64,000 bases of DNA from Auanema rhodensis. Its lineage: Eukaryota > Animalia > Nematoda. The position numbers were made by a program, and so were the translations under genes. Location of the stretch: contig OZ059897.1 of NCBI GenBank assembly GCA_964057225.1, positions 16,368,001 to 16,432,000 on the forward strand. Reading direction: 5' to 3'. A model generated the notes under the pieces. That model made no database searches. It was not told the DNA's origin and saw only the letters and a list, made by a program, of their open reading frames with translations. Each line of letters starts with the position of its first letter. Positions within the stretch are counted from its first letter, which is position 1. Of the stretch, positions 26,258 through 40,200 are shown in pieces.

Positions 26258-27965
26258 TTAAAGCCATTTGCGGCAATTCTCCGATTTACAGAAACAAGGG
26301 CCAGCTATCCTAACGTCCAATTCATCCTCTTCCTCCTCATCACCTGGATGATAATCAATAGTTATTTCTTCACCTAAAAAGAATTTTTTTTTTAACTCAA
26401 CCAAATTTATGAAACCTGCAGGTATATCTTTCTTAGCAATCACGGCTAAACAAAATAATGGAGATTTTTTCATGCCAAAAACACGAACAACTGCAGAATT
26501 TGGTGAGCAACTATGAGAGATGAAACGAGCTTCATTCCTATAAATTACTTGTAATTTTTTTGTTGGTGAAAAAACAACAAACCCAAATGTTTCACAGTCC
26601 AATGTAAAACCATATTCTAACTCCATTTGATAACTTGTACATCTTCTATTAGATTCCTTTCTCGAAACAATCTGAAATGCCGAATAGTGCATGATAGTGT
26701 AAAATTCTGAACTTCTCCTAAAAATTCTGTTATAAATTCTCCAGATCTAATATCTTCCATAGTTCTTAAAGTCCAGCCTTTATATATATCAAACAGAACA
26801 ACCAAAGCAACTCTTCTTCCATTCTAAGTAAAGGGTTATTTTCAAAATATAAAATTTATATGATACCTTTATAATGTTATATTGACAATGTGGTTTACAA
26901 AAGCAGCTGTAGGAGCATTCATATGTCCAGTAATAACTATCCTTTGATAATTCTCCAGAAAAAATGGCCAAGTTATTCTCAATTTTCAAGAAATGTCCAT
27001 CTTTCTGAAATATAAAAATATACATTAAATTCTTCATAATACCACACACATTGATACAGCGTTTACATCCTTCCTTACATCCACAGCAACCACATCGACG
27101 AATTTTTTTACTGTTCTCCAAAACACATATAGCTGAGGGATTCCAAACATAATCACCGGCCAAATACTGAATATAAAAGTTTATTTAGGGATAGTATATA
27201 TATACTGTTACCTGAAATTGAGGAAGCCTTATATCAACTGCAAAACTGCAGCATTCAATGTAAATAGGAGGAATATGTCGTTTTTCCTAAAACAAAGAAT
27301 AAAATACACTGATGATAAATGCAATAAAACTCTGCGAGAATAGTCACGGATTAGAGATAGCCAATTTAGTTCAAGTTCCTTTATCTGCCAATATAAATTT
27401 TTGACTTTGTTTTCAGACTTTTGTAATTCCCAAAAAAAAATCAAAAATAGAAGCATTTTAAAAGTAGTAATATTACCTTGAGGCTCATGCAGACATTTTC
27501 GAAAATTTCCATTGGTGGACTTGCCAAAATGTTAGAATTATGGCGCATTTCTCTTTAATAGACGAAATAATATGAAATGAATAGAATTATAGTTACTTTA
27601 GAGATTTTAAGACAATTGTCATTTCTAATAATCCTTGCTCTTTCATTTGTAGCGATGATATCTAAAACCAAAACTCATCATTCAGGAAGAAATAAACTAG
27701 AGACTTCTCTAAAATGATGTGTTATATCTTCCAATTTTTCGATGGTGCAATAGTAACCCTCATTGTTAGACCATGCTGCCAGATAACTGATTTCCCCTAG
27801 CTTTAAATTCATTGCTTATCAATTTATCAATTGTTTTACCTCAGAAATATATCGTTTCATAAGTCTTATTAATTCAGGACTTCTTGGAGGCGAGACTACT
27901 TTAAGCTGCAGATATGTTAACAGATTACTTAATAACTATATTCAACTTACAACAATGATGTCCAT
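26258..27965 (-). CDS. Divergent histone methyltransferase-like protein (pre-SET, SET, post-SET; SUV39/SET-25-like architecture)
   Basis: Pre-SET cysteines CGCCGCKEGCKRC...YECSYSCFCKPHCQYN; SET motifs KGWTLRTMEDIRSGEFITEFLGE, ARFISHSCSPN, AKKDIPAGEEITIDY; post-SET CFCKSENCRKWL*. The 5' exons (from MDIIV at 27965) are reconstructed by phase and less certain. Confidence 0.85.
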
Positions 27966-28665
27966 AGTACATACAAACCCTATTGATATCAGTGTTTTGG
28001 CTTTTTCTTAGACCCGCGTATGATTAGAAGAAAGGTGAGAACTCTCTAATTCAAACTTTGTAAACAGAATACATTTAATTCAATCGAAATGTTTAAGCAA
28101 AAATCAAGCAAATGTATTGAAAAAGGATAATAAATCGATTTCATAAGTTATAAAAGAGCATTCCATTTGCTCATAGCATCATATAATAAATTTTAATAGG
28201 TTAAAGCTCAGAACTTGAATTTTCAAAATTGTAGAGTCTTTTTTCTTTGAAAGAAAAGTGGTTACATTCTATAAAATTCACTCCAAAAGTTTCAGAAACT
28301 ATGTTTTTCCCATATTTTATTTTTTCTATCTATAGAAAATTGCGACAATTTAGTCTGTGAAGTGGGTAGGGTACCGGTATGAAGTCCATTACAACCTATT
28401 GTCAGCTCATTGGTCATGTTCAAATACAAAAAATTGAATAGGGGTCAGTTATAAAGAGCAAACATACCCTCAGATGCTGGTTTCATCCAAGAAATAACTG
28501 GATCACTCAAAGTCATATTCATGGTAGGTTTCATAACCTTTCATCATCAATATGTCAGATCGTAAGCACCTTGTTGTTATCCTGCATTTGCGTTAATATC
28601 TTCCAATATTTCTGTTCGAAAAGTTAATTTATGATTTTACAGTTATAGAATGTACTAAGATCCAA

Positions 28666-31090
28666 ATGGCTGGAACGGAATCGTGCTCCGAGGAATTTTG
28701 GACCACTAATGAGAACAGTGATCTTGGTCAGCTTGTATGTTATATTCAACTTTCAAAAATCATCAAAGTTTTTTCAAGGAAACTACCTATGGATATGCTG
28801 TACTTGGATTGGATGCACCTCATACTCAGGAAGTTTCATCAAGTTCCAAAAAAAAATCAAGAAATAACAATGTGGATGACTGGGAGGTTTGTTAATTTTT
28901 GAAATTTCCCCAGGTTTACGGTGTGAATTAGCAATTTTACGATGAGCATTTTTTTAACCAGTAAGGAAAAACTACTAAATCAAATAATATTTTCAAGTCG
29001 TAAAATATAAAAAAAGAACTGCTCATCGAGCAAATGTAAATGTTAGCCGTTTATCAGATTTAGATACCGAAAAAGGGAAAGAAAATCCCTTGTAAGGCAC
29101 ACGTTCGTGGTATTTCGTTCTTTTTTGCCTTCTCTATCTATCTGTTTTGCTACAACTTATCATCCCAAGCTTAATGTATACTGTGCGTGTAACGATTGTG
29201 CACATCATCCGTTAAGAAAACATAAGACAACAAGCCTCTTTATACATTCGAAAAATCATATTCGAAGTTAGAACGACTTCTGATTATAGGCTCTACTATC
29301 AAAGAATCTAGAAGTTAGAAGCTAGAAATTTTTGTTAATATTTTTATTAAATTACTAAAATTTCAATGTCGCTGCTAAAATGAATCGAAATCTTAATTGT
29401 CTACCGCCCGGTTTTTCTGCGAACCCCGATGGCAAGGTATTTTATTTTCGAAACTTATTAAGATTATTATTATACAATTTTATATTTTATATAATGTATA
29501 TTTGAATTTGAAAACTTTATGTGCGAATTGCTAGCTGTTAGATATCGAGTTTTTATCTTCATTTATCCTCACGCTTAGACAGATAAAGTCTTTATACGTC
29601 ATCCCAAGATACCGTGCGTATACGACAGACAAATAACTTTTTGACATCCGACACACGGTTCTGAATCTTTCTTAATCTATCTTCATTCCTTTATTTCAAT
29701 TCAAAGAATATCCTCTGAGTGATAGTCTCGGTTTTGCTCCGTTCTATTTATTTCTAATAATATAATCTATGCTATTTAAAATATAAAATTTTAAATTATA
29801 AACTAGACTTAACTATTATTATTATTATTGCAAATATTTATTTCCTTATAACTAATAGCATTTGGCTATTTTATAGCCTGACAGTTTTCTGTCAACCAAG
29901 TGGTTAGTTTAATATAATATACTTATTTCTAATAATATAATATTTATCTTAAAAAATAGTTAATAATAGAAAATTAATTTTGTATTATTGTATCCAATTC
30001 AATTTAAACAGATCATAAGTTCATATTTCTAATATCGTTTAATTTTAAAGAATTCCAATCATAATGATTATATAAAAGTTTATTTTTGAAAATCTTTTGA
30101 ATGTTATAAGTATTCATTTCAAAATATTTTCTTAAAAGTTATATTTTACTCAGAAAAGGAACTAAAGTCGTTATACTAGCATATTAGTCAATGTGTCAGT
30201 ATGATGATTGTCAATTTGCTTACTTTTTTATAATAAAGTGAATGTCAAAATGTCTACTGGTCACAAATTCCTAAAGACAACATAAGAACTATAGAATGAA
30301 GGAAAAATTCTTTATTCTCTAACCTTCATAATCTCTCTTTGTATTTCTTGTTCTTTTCGGCTTTGACTAACAAAACTCAATGTTTCTTCTTCTCAACTAT
30401 TCGAAAGTTCAACATTCCCTTACTTCTCTTTTCTTCTCTCGCTTCATCTTTCTTATTTCATTCATTTTCTTCACTGTCCCCTCGTATCCATCATCTTCGA
30501 CGTACTGACCGACAATCTTCGTGCACTATTTGTGCTGTGTATCCTTAAATGAGTTGGAAAGAAAAAGAAAAAAAACGGTCAAAAAAGAGCTGTCAAATGA
30601 ATACAATGTACTATTCATTACTTATTAGCTATATAGACATAGGAATTTAGAAATATTTCTATACAAAATCTTAATCAGATATTACACTCATTTGTATCAA
30701 ATTATACAAAAGTTTAGATATTTTTCTTAACTAAAAAATCTTTCTGATGCAATTTTATTTTTGTTAAGCAAACAAAATAAAAAGAAATTTCTAAATTTGC
30801 TCACGTTATCCTTCTTTTCTAAGATTTGTGTTTAGCTTTAACTGGAAGCCGTAGATAGTATAAGAGGTAGATGAAGTACTATACTTTGAAAAACAAGAAG
30901 AAAACTTGAGTTGCTAGTGTAATGATATGTTTTCTACTCATTTTCAAAATAAACAATAAAATAAATAAAACAATAAAAGTAATTTACTGATCTTATGAAT
31001 ATTTTAATTTCAGGAAGGTAGCGTTGTTGACGAATCCACGAAAATTATGGATCGACGAGAAGATCCATCTATTCATTATACAACAGAAGG
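28666..31090 (+). CDS. Candidate alternative 5' coding exons of chitin synthase chs-2
   Basis: Exons 28666-28734, 28779-28886 and 31014-31090 (plus an alternative first exon 29380-29436) have canonical splice sites and open frames. The last ends in phase 2, matching the chs-2 exon at 34112. Confidence 0.55.
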
Positions 31091-33307
31091 GTAAGGCTTA
31101 ACATAATTATACATAAACCGGAAGGCTATCTTTTTCACTTCAAATTCAAAAAAGAAGAAAAAAGAAATAAAAATAATTATTTGGACTGTTTGTCTGTTTG
31201 TTTCGGGCATACATAATAGATAAACCTATACCGTTGGCTGGCAGACCAGCCTCGGAGTTTATCGTCGGTAGCTGGTTATTTATTTAAAAATAAGCTTAAT
31301 CAGCCTATTAAAGCTTTTTTGTTCAAGATTCATAGCCTTTGCTAGTTTGCTCCCTAGAAATTGCGAATCCAATTGGCTATTTGTGATTTTGGCGTAAAAT
31401 GTGTGGAACTTATTTTGACTTTACTGGTCAGCAGACAAATCAAGTTGTAACTTAAATACATTTAAACGGCAAGTATACATGTAACTAGGGCTGGTCAGTT
31501 CCTTTCGATCATCGTAACAAGCTGTATTGCTTCTTCACCTTGAGTAGTAAACTAGAAGCTATGTATGTATGTCTGACATGTATTTGTTTACTATAATCTA
31601 GATTCTTGCTCATTGACACTTTCAAAAGATAGATTAGGTAAACATATCTTCTCGTTCTTACTTTTATTCATTCACTTTCTCTGTTGTAGTATTCTACGCT
31701 CTCGATATATTCAAGTATTTTCATCTCTCTTGAATTTCTTCAATTCCTTTAGCGGCTAGGTAGTGTGCAACGGAACGAGCCTTCACACACGGAGCAATTG
31801 TTTCGGTAGCACAGTTGACGCAGAATTTGACAAGACTTGAGAGTCTTCCTTTCTGTATACGGTCGATAAATGAAGTCCAAAGAATTGGATAGAAAGATAT
31901 TAAGGACTATTAAGAGAAACAAAGAAGATATGCTCTTCTTCTTCTGTTGAGTACATGTAGTTACTTTGTAAATTGAAGAATATTAGCATACTCATATTCA
32001 ACAATAGAATTAAGGCATAATGCGTAAATAGAAACAACTTTATAACATTTTTTGGAACTTTAGCTAGTACTAAGTACATATATACTAGTCACTGTGAGAT
32101 TGAGTATCACCTAAATCTATTTGAGGTAGATGTATAACACGTTGTGTATTTTGTTTTGAATATTGAATTCAATTTCTTTTTTTTTTTGGCTTTTTTGCGG
32201 CTTCAATCATATCATTTTAAAGATTAAAACTTTTTTTTTGTTTTTTTTTTCCCTATATCAAATGCGATGTCTGTGTTTGCTAAACTTGTTCTAACTTTCA
32301 TTATAAGCTGAGAGCAAAAATCTGTGAAAATGATAAGGAAAAAGAGCACGAAAGTAGTTGAAAATCTATCTATTAGAATAGTCACTCGTAGTCCGAAATA
32401 AGCAAAAAATCAGCCGTCAGTGAAAGAAAGATATGAAATGAGAGAATATGATGAAGCACTCATAGAGATCAAGATAGATCACCTAGTTAAATAACTATAT
32501 TTCGTGTACTAAATGGTTTGAATGAATGAATAATGATCAAACTTTTGTTTTCAAACACAAAAACAATATTTATTTAACGTTGAAAAAATACCAAATGAAT
32601 CAGATAATAACTTGTTAGGGTAAAGTGGGAGTGCGCCCACATGACCAGCAAAAAGACAACTGAAAGCTTTGTAATTGGATATTCAACTGTAGTTTTTCAG
32701 TAAAGAAAAAACGTCGTAAGACTGAGAAATAAAAGCCATCAACAAACAAACTATTCAAAATAGTTTAGCATTTCGGAAACCACAAAAGGAAACATTATGA
32801 GACTTTTTAAATTTTTTAAAATTGTTTTTATCTATTTAATATAAAAATATATCTTATGGAAATATTGATAAGAACAATTTGAAAAAATAGTCACAGCACA
32901 CCAATTTCTCCAAAGTTTGTGATTGAAATATATGTTTTTTCTGAGAGACAGTACGAATTTGCTTGGTTGAATTTGAATATCATGCTTAACCTCATAATAT
33001 TATGTATACACACTTACGATGTACATACATTTTATGAGCTATTTATATGGTATAGTTTATTTTGTGGTTTAAACTTTTCATCCTTCACCTTGAACAATTT
33101 GGACTGTCAGCTTTTCCTCGCCTTAGGCTTGCTTGAGCGGTAGGCGAGGAAAGGACGAACCAGCAAATGAAAACGGGAGCGAGAAGTAGCCACAAGCATT
33201 GAAGAGAAATGCAAAACGATACAAACATCACTCAAGCAGAAGAGAAGCAGAGAAAGCTCGGCGTTCGCCCAATCTCTTTCCCCCTTTCTTGGCTGAGGCG
33301 AGGGAGT

Positions 33308-33321
33308 GGGGGGGGGGGGGG
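33308..33321 (+). repeat. Poly-G tract (G14) in a GC-rich upstream region of chs-2
   Basis: GAGGGAGT(G)14TG about 500 nt upstream of ATG 33817, followed by a (TA)n run at ~33418-33436. Confidence 0.9.
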
Positions 33322-33816
33322 TGAAGCTGTGTCCGAGGAGCGAAGAAGAGGTGGCTTCTAAGAGCTTTGCTCTCACTATTCCACAGTCTTTGACATACAC
33401 AGATAGGCTGTTGTGTGTATATATATATATATATATCTATTGTGAGTATCGTGAAGAAGCTACTGAAGCTGAAAGCTTCATCTATGAGCTACTTTCTACT
33501 ACTCATTACTATCTTATTCTTCCGTATTTTCTAAACATTTTTTTCATTATACATACTTTTGAATAAGTTCTTTTATTTTTCAATTAGAACAAGTATCTCT
33601 TATTTTATTCTAAATTTTACAAAATTTAGATGAACATTTGTCTATATTTTGTTATAAAAAATATTATCAGAGTAGAATGTATTGAAACATACTTTTTCGT
33701 TTTAATTATTCATTTTCTTATATTTATATTCATATATACATATAGTATTTGAAGGTCTATTTGTCTAGTTCAAGTAAATTTATCAGGAAATGCTTTGATG
33801 AAAAGTCTTCCAAGAT

Positions 33817-34251
33817 ATGAATACGATTGATAGAGATGAAGTCCGAAAGGACAGTTATTACTTTACCACCGGAGATGGTCTTGGCACCACTGAGGATCAA
33901 CCTCCTCAGACAAGAAACCGGTCTGATGGCGAACCTAATAGTAATATTTCATCAAATAAGTCTCGAGAAAGTAACTCTTCTGAACTAAACTCAAAGTGAG
34001 TCATAATGATTAGAAGTGAAAATTTGAAAGATTATTTTTCAATGATAACTAAATAAAAAAAAGTTTTTTTTTTCATTTTTTATAACTTCTATTGAATTAA
34101 TGCATTTTCAGCACTGTAATAGAGAACAAAGGATGGGATATTTTCCGCTTATTGCCTCCAAAACCTGACAGAATTGGTCATGGTAGGTTTTGATTTTAAT
34201 AATTCTACTTGACTTAACTATTTTTATTAAAAAAATTATAATTGTGAACTT

Positions 34252-34295
<44 letters not shown>

Positions 34296-37200
34296 TATAT
34301 ATTATACCAGAGATATGAACCTGTTTTTCCGGTTCGTTTTTCATGAATTTTAGCTGTCTTCTCATTGACAGAAAATTGAGACAGATGACGGTTCAGCTTA
34401 ACACATGATTGCTCATTTAATTAAATCGCCAATTAAAATTAGACAAACATAAACAGACTAAAAACATTATTATCTATTATCTTTTCTCCAAAATTGTGTT
34501 GTTAACTATTATTTGGAAGAAGCTTAACTAGCAGGTTATATATAGGTTAAGCTGAGGCATGTTAGGTGTGTAAACTGCCTATAATGCAATAACAAATCTT
34601 CTTATGAACTAAGCTACGAGAAGTAAGCTCAACAAACTGCACAAATTTGGTGATATGTATGTGTTCTTATGTGTATCTTTCATTAAGCTATTAAGTTCTC
34701 ACAGTGCTTACAATCTCAATTGTTTCCATTGTCTTGGTAAAACGAGAGAAAATACGATTGCGATAGAACTAGAAAGTGAACGAGTAAAGAGGAGAGTGAT
34801 AGAGAGATTGAAAAAGCACGCGGTCACCTCTGCTAGACTTCAGATAATCAAACAACTTTACTATGACCTACGCTCATTTTCTCCCGTAAAAAGTGTCGAA
34901 ATATCCGAAAAATTTTTTAAACAGGAGTAAAGATCATTCAAAACGAAAATATACGTATAATTATTTTGAAATACTAAAACAATTGATATATCATTTATTT
35001 TGGATTACTGTAGCATGTCGTTACAGTAACCGCATACTGTAATAAAGTTATAGTAAATTTTAAAAAAATTCAATTTTTATCTAATTTTAAAAATTATATT
35101 TTGATAATTTCAGGTTTTTGGCATGATACTTCTCTTCAAATACTTAAATTGGCAACCTTTCTTGTATTATTTATTCTTACTCTTTCATCAGCTGTAATAG
35201 CTAAATCTTCATTTCTATTGATGACATCAGCAATAGGATGGGGAAGTCAAAATATGACAATATGTAGAGATAAAATACCTGGTAAAACAATATAATCTAA
35301 TAGAATAAATATAAAAAGAAATATTTTTGCAGAATCTCTATCTAATACTGTTCATATTACTAATCGTCATATAGTTAAATGGGTCTGGGGTACATTACTG
35401 GCATTATGTGCTCCAGAAGCTCTTTGCTTCATACGATCTCTTCATAGAACTTTATTTAAAAATGTGAAACGACCAACATTATTGCAGTTTTCCGTGGTAT
35501 ATACTACCTTATTATGTTTCTTTGTTAAAGTAGTTGTTTTTAACAGGTTTTAATCACTGAATCACTTCATGCTACAGGAGTTGGTATTTTGGTTTTCCGA
35601 ATTTTTCCAGATTTGGATGCTGTAACTGCATCTCAATTAACGAATGCTATGTGTTTCATACCAGCTGTATTATCTCTAATAAGTAGACAAGCAAAAGGTA
35701 AAAATTCTATATTTTATTTTTCTAATATATTAATATTTTTAGGTGTTTCCTTGATTCTTGTTATCATTGATATCGCAGCAATAGGAGCACAAAGTAGTGG
35801 GTTTTGGGCTTTCCCTGTAAGCATAGTAAATTAAAATTTTTATTTTAAAACTTGAAAATTAAGATGTTTATTCCCAATCTACAAAAACATTCCTTTGCTA
35901 TTCCTGTGTCTTTGACTCTTATTTCATTGGCTTGGTGGCAAAATTTTGTTCATACTGAGTCTGTTTTCCCTCCTGTTAGAGTATTGGCCAAGTATGTTCA
36001 TTTTGTTTTTATTATATATTTATATTTATATATTATTTATATATTATATATTATATTAAATATTATAGATTTGCCTCCCGTTTATCTGAACGTAGATCCA
36101 AAACTTATGCATTTGTTTCATTATGGAAGATGTGTATTTATGTAACATGCATGTTCTTATTTATGTCAAGCAGGTTATTAACAATTATTTTAAATTAGTT
36201 AATTAATTGATTTAGAATGAGAGTTGAAGATTTACTTCAAAAAGATCCATTTGGAGAAAAATTAATTACGATAACGGGACATAAGATGAATCAAACATCC
36301 ATCAATAAGTTCTTAAATCGAATGTCATCATTACAACAGCCAGGTAATACATTTATATCTAATTACGTATATTATACTTCTATCATTTTGATATTAATAT
36401 GGTTGTTTCACGTTAGTCTCATTCTTAATAATAATTTCTTTCAGAAGATATGGCTCCATCCAGTGCCACCGCAGTCAGACCAACTACAAAGAAACCATGG
36501 GATCCAGATGAGGTATTCAAAAACTAACACTTAAACTAGTTATGTACTATATCAACCTTTTAGGGTCCGGCTGTGGTTGATACAGAAGATTATCGACGTC
36601 GTTTTAAGCGCAGTGATACATCTGCTCCCCCTGCTTCACAAAAACTAAACAATGTCGAAGACGAGGAAGAAGAAGAAGAAGAAGAATTTCCATCAGCTTA
36701 CAGAGTGAGTATCATGTCATTTTATTATAATATTTGTAAATATATCATAGGTATTCGATAATTATGTTGAACTCAACTTATTCACTTCCCCTTATGATGC
36801 TTTATGGATTGTCCTTGTTCAAGTTTCTGCTGTATTCCTATGCTATCATTCAAGCAACTTTGCTTGTAAAGTATGACTCAACTTCATTATTTTTAAAACT
36901 TTTCATTTGTTTTAGGTAATGATGCAACGCATGGGGTTCGCTCTTCCCATGGCTTTATCAGTTCCAGCTACAGTACTTGTGCTGTCGTATACTTGTTCGT
37001 TCCGAGCAGATGAGCCATGCCATATGACTAATGCTCTAACAAAGGTAATATTTCTTGAATTAAATATCTTTATAACTATTATTATTATTTATAGGAACTG
37101 TTCTGGAAATGTTTCTCCAACTATAGAACCTTATCAGACTTTATTCTCAGTCCCCAAACTTGGATATGGCTTACATGGCTCGGTTCACAAATTTGGATTA

Positions 37201-40200
37201 CAATTCATCTCTGGACACCCAAACATGAAAGATTGGCTCGAAGTGAAAAGCTTTTCATTCTTCCCTATTATATTGGAGCATTTGTTGATCAATCATTAGT
37301 TTTTAATAGACGACGTGATGATAAAGCCAAAATAAAAGCAGAGGTAAAAAAACAAAATTATTTATTTAATATCTAGTTAACTATTTTTTTAGGATTTGGA
37401 GTTTGAGCAAGAAGATTCTTCTTTAACCTATGAAACCATTCCGGGAGGATTCTCAAAACCACCTCCATCAGTATGTTCGATTAGTAGTAGTCGATTGGAA
37501 AATGGATTAATCAGGTAGGAATATAGAAATATAAATATTATATATACATAACTATATCTATATATAAGTTGTGAATTATAATAAAATAATCTAATACTAT
37601 TTATGAATTTCAGAGACAGTGCTAGCTCAGCTGATGCTATTACTAAGATCTATGCTTGCGCTACGATGTGGCATGAAACTTCATATGAAATGACTTGTAT
37701 GTTAAAGAGTATATTCCGTTTGGATGAAGATCAAAGTGCTCGAAGAAATGCTCAAAAATATCTTAAGGTTTGCTAATTTTATTCTTATAATTAGAATAAA
37801 AAACTAACTTTAGGTTATTGATCCGGACTATTATGAGTTTGAAGCTCATATCTTTTTTGATGATGCATATGATACAAATCAATATGGTGAACCTGTAATC
37901 AACAAGTTTGTTAAGCAAATTGTAGAAGTAATTGATCAAGCTGCAAGGTAATTCTAATATAAGTTATACAATTCATATATTAATGATTCATTAGTGCTGT
38001 TCATCAAACTCAAATGCGATTAAAACCACCAAAGAAAGCCAAAACACCATATGGAGGAAAATTATCATATATTTTACCAGGAAAAAATAAGTTAACAATT
38101 CATTTGAAAGATAAGCATAAAATTCGTCATAGAAAGCGTTGGAGTCAAGTATGTTATAATGTATTTAACTGTATATTTAATTTATATTTATAGGTTATGT
38201 ATCTTTATTATTTACTTGGATATAGACTAATGATGAAAGTTGATGAACAATCGAGAAAGGAAGTTATATCGGAAAATACATTTATCTTAACTTTGGATGG
38301 AGATGTTGACTTTACCCCACAATGTGTTCACCTACTTGTTGACTTGATGAAGAAAAATCGTCGCCTTGGAGCAGCCTGTGGTCGTATTCATCCTCGTGGA
38401 TCTGGCCTTATGGTATGCAGTATACAGTTTCTTTAATTATTTACACATAATTATAAATAAATTTCAGGTTTGGTATCAAAAATTCGAATACGCTATTGGA
38501 CATTGGTTGCAAAAGGCTACAGAACATATGATTGGTTGTGTTATGTGCTCTCCAGGATGCTTCTCTCTTTTCCGTAGTTATGCTTTAATGGATGATAATG
38601 TTACTAGAAAGTGAGTATAATTTATTATTTGTTAAGTATATGTATATGAATTGTGTTTTAGATATGCTTCAAAATCTGAAGAACCATTGGATTACATTCA
38701 GTATGATCAAGGAGAAGATCGATGGTTGTGTACGCTTTTACTTCAACGTGGTTATAGGTAAACCTTTTTTCATCTTTTAACCTTCTGAATTTTCTAAAAT
38801 TTTCAGAGTAGAATACTGTGCTGCTTCTGATGCTTTAACGTTTGCTCCCGAAGGTTTTAATGAGTTCTTCAATCAAAGAAGGCGTTGGATTCCATCAACA
38901 ATCGCTAATATCATTGATCTTTTGAGAGATTATAAGAATGTGGTTTCCGTAAATGAATCAATTTCAATTTGGTATAATTAAATAATATAATTTATATAAT
39001 TTTGATATATCTATATCTTTAGGTATATTATCTATCAAGTTGTTATGCTTATTTCATCAATTCTTGGACCTGGAACTATTTTCTTGATGATTGTCGGAGC
39101 TATATCAATTTCATTTAAAATAGGTAATATTAATTATTAATATAATATATAATAAACTATATTTTCATCATATTTTAGATACAAATTTGGCTCTTCTGGT
39201 TGTGTTTATTCCTGTTGCATTCTTTTGTATAGTTTGTTTAGTGGCTAAACCGGAGAAACAAGTATATATCAGTTATATTAACATTTTTATTTTTTCTTTC
39301 TTTATAGTTATTAGTTGCACAAGTTATTGGAGCATTATTTGCAATGTTAATGACAGCTGTAATAGTCGGTACATCATTACAAGTGAAGAAAGATGGTTTC
39401 TTATCTCCGAACTCTATTTTCTTATTTGCTGTTGTTACAAGGTAAATTATTTATTATTATTTGAAATATAAATTAAATCTTTAACATTTATAATTTTCTT
39501 TTAGTTTCTTAACAGCAGCTATATTACATCCACTAGAATTCACTTGTATTATTCCTGGAATCTTATATTTCTTGGCTATTCCATGTATGTATATGCTTTT
39601 ACCTATATACAGTGTATGCAATTTAAATACTGTAAGTTTTAATTCAGTTTTTATTAGAAATTAAAAAAATAAAATAAAGGTAACATGGGGAACACGTGAA
39701 GATCCAAGACCAGAAGAAAAGAATGATTTAGCCAAAAAAGGAAAAGGAACTCATTTGGATTTGGTTGAAAATGGAGTTACTGGAGATGTAAGCTTATTTT
39801 AAAATATATAATCATTGTTAATGTTTAGGTTGATGGAGATATGTCTATCGGATGCGGTAGCGCTTGTCGCTTGTTATGCTGCTTAACTCCAGATCGTATG
39901 GAATCATCTCCACAGGTAAATTGAACTTAATTTTTAAATTAGTCTCATATTATAATATTTTAGGTGTGGCGTATAAATGAGAAGCTGAATGATATTCAGA
40001 AAAAACTGGATAGATTGGACCGTCGAACAACACAACCTGGACTTGGACGTCGCTCGTCAGTGTTATCTACGGCTGGAAATAATTTACCTGATAAGTGTTC
40101 TGAAATTGACGATGATGAAGTTGTAAGTTTCTCTTATTTTAGAACTAAGTTCATGTTGTTTTATCATTAAGGGAGAAATTGAAGATGATATTGAAATGTC

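Noticed and set aside
31231-31255. GC hairpin GGCTGG-CAGA-CCAGCC as a Helitron 3' end or terminator
   Set aside because: No CTRR end at the expected distance, no second copy in the window, and no other transposon features.
33107-33566. ORFs on both strands across the G-tract island
   Set aside because: Open only because of local GC richness and simple repeats; no splice or homology support.
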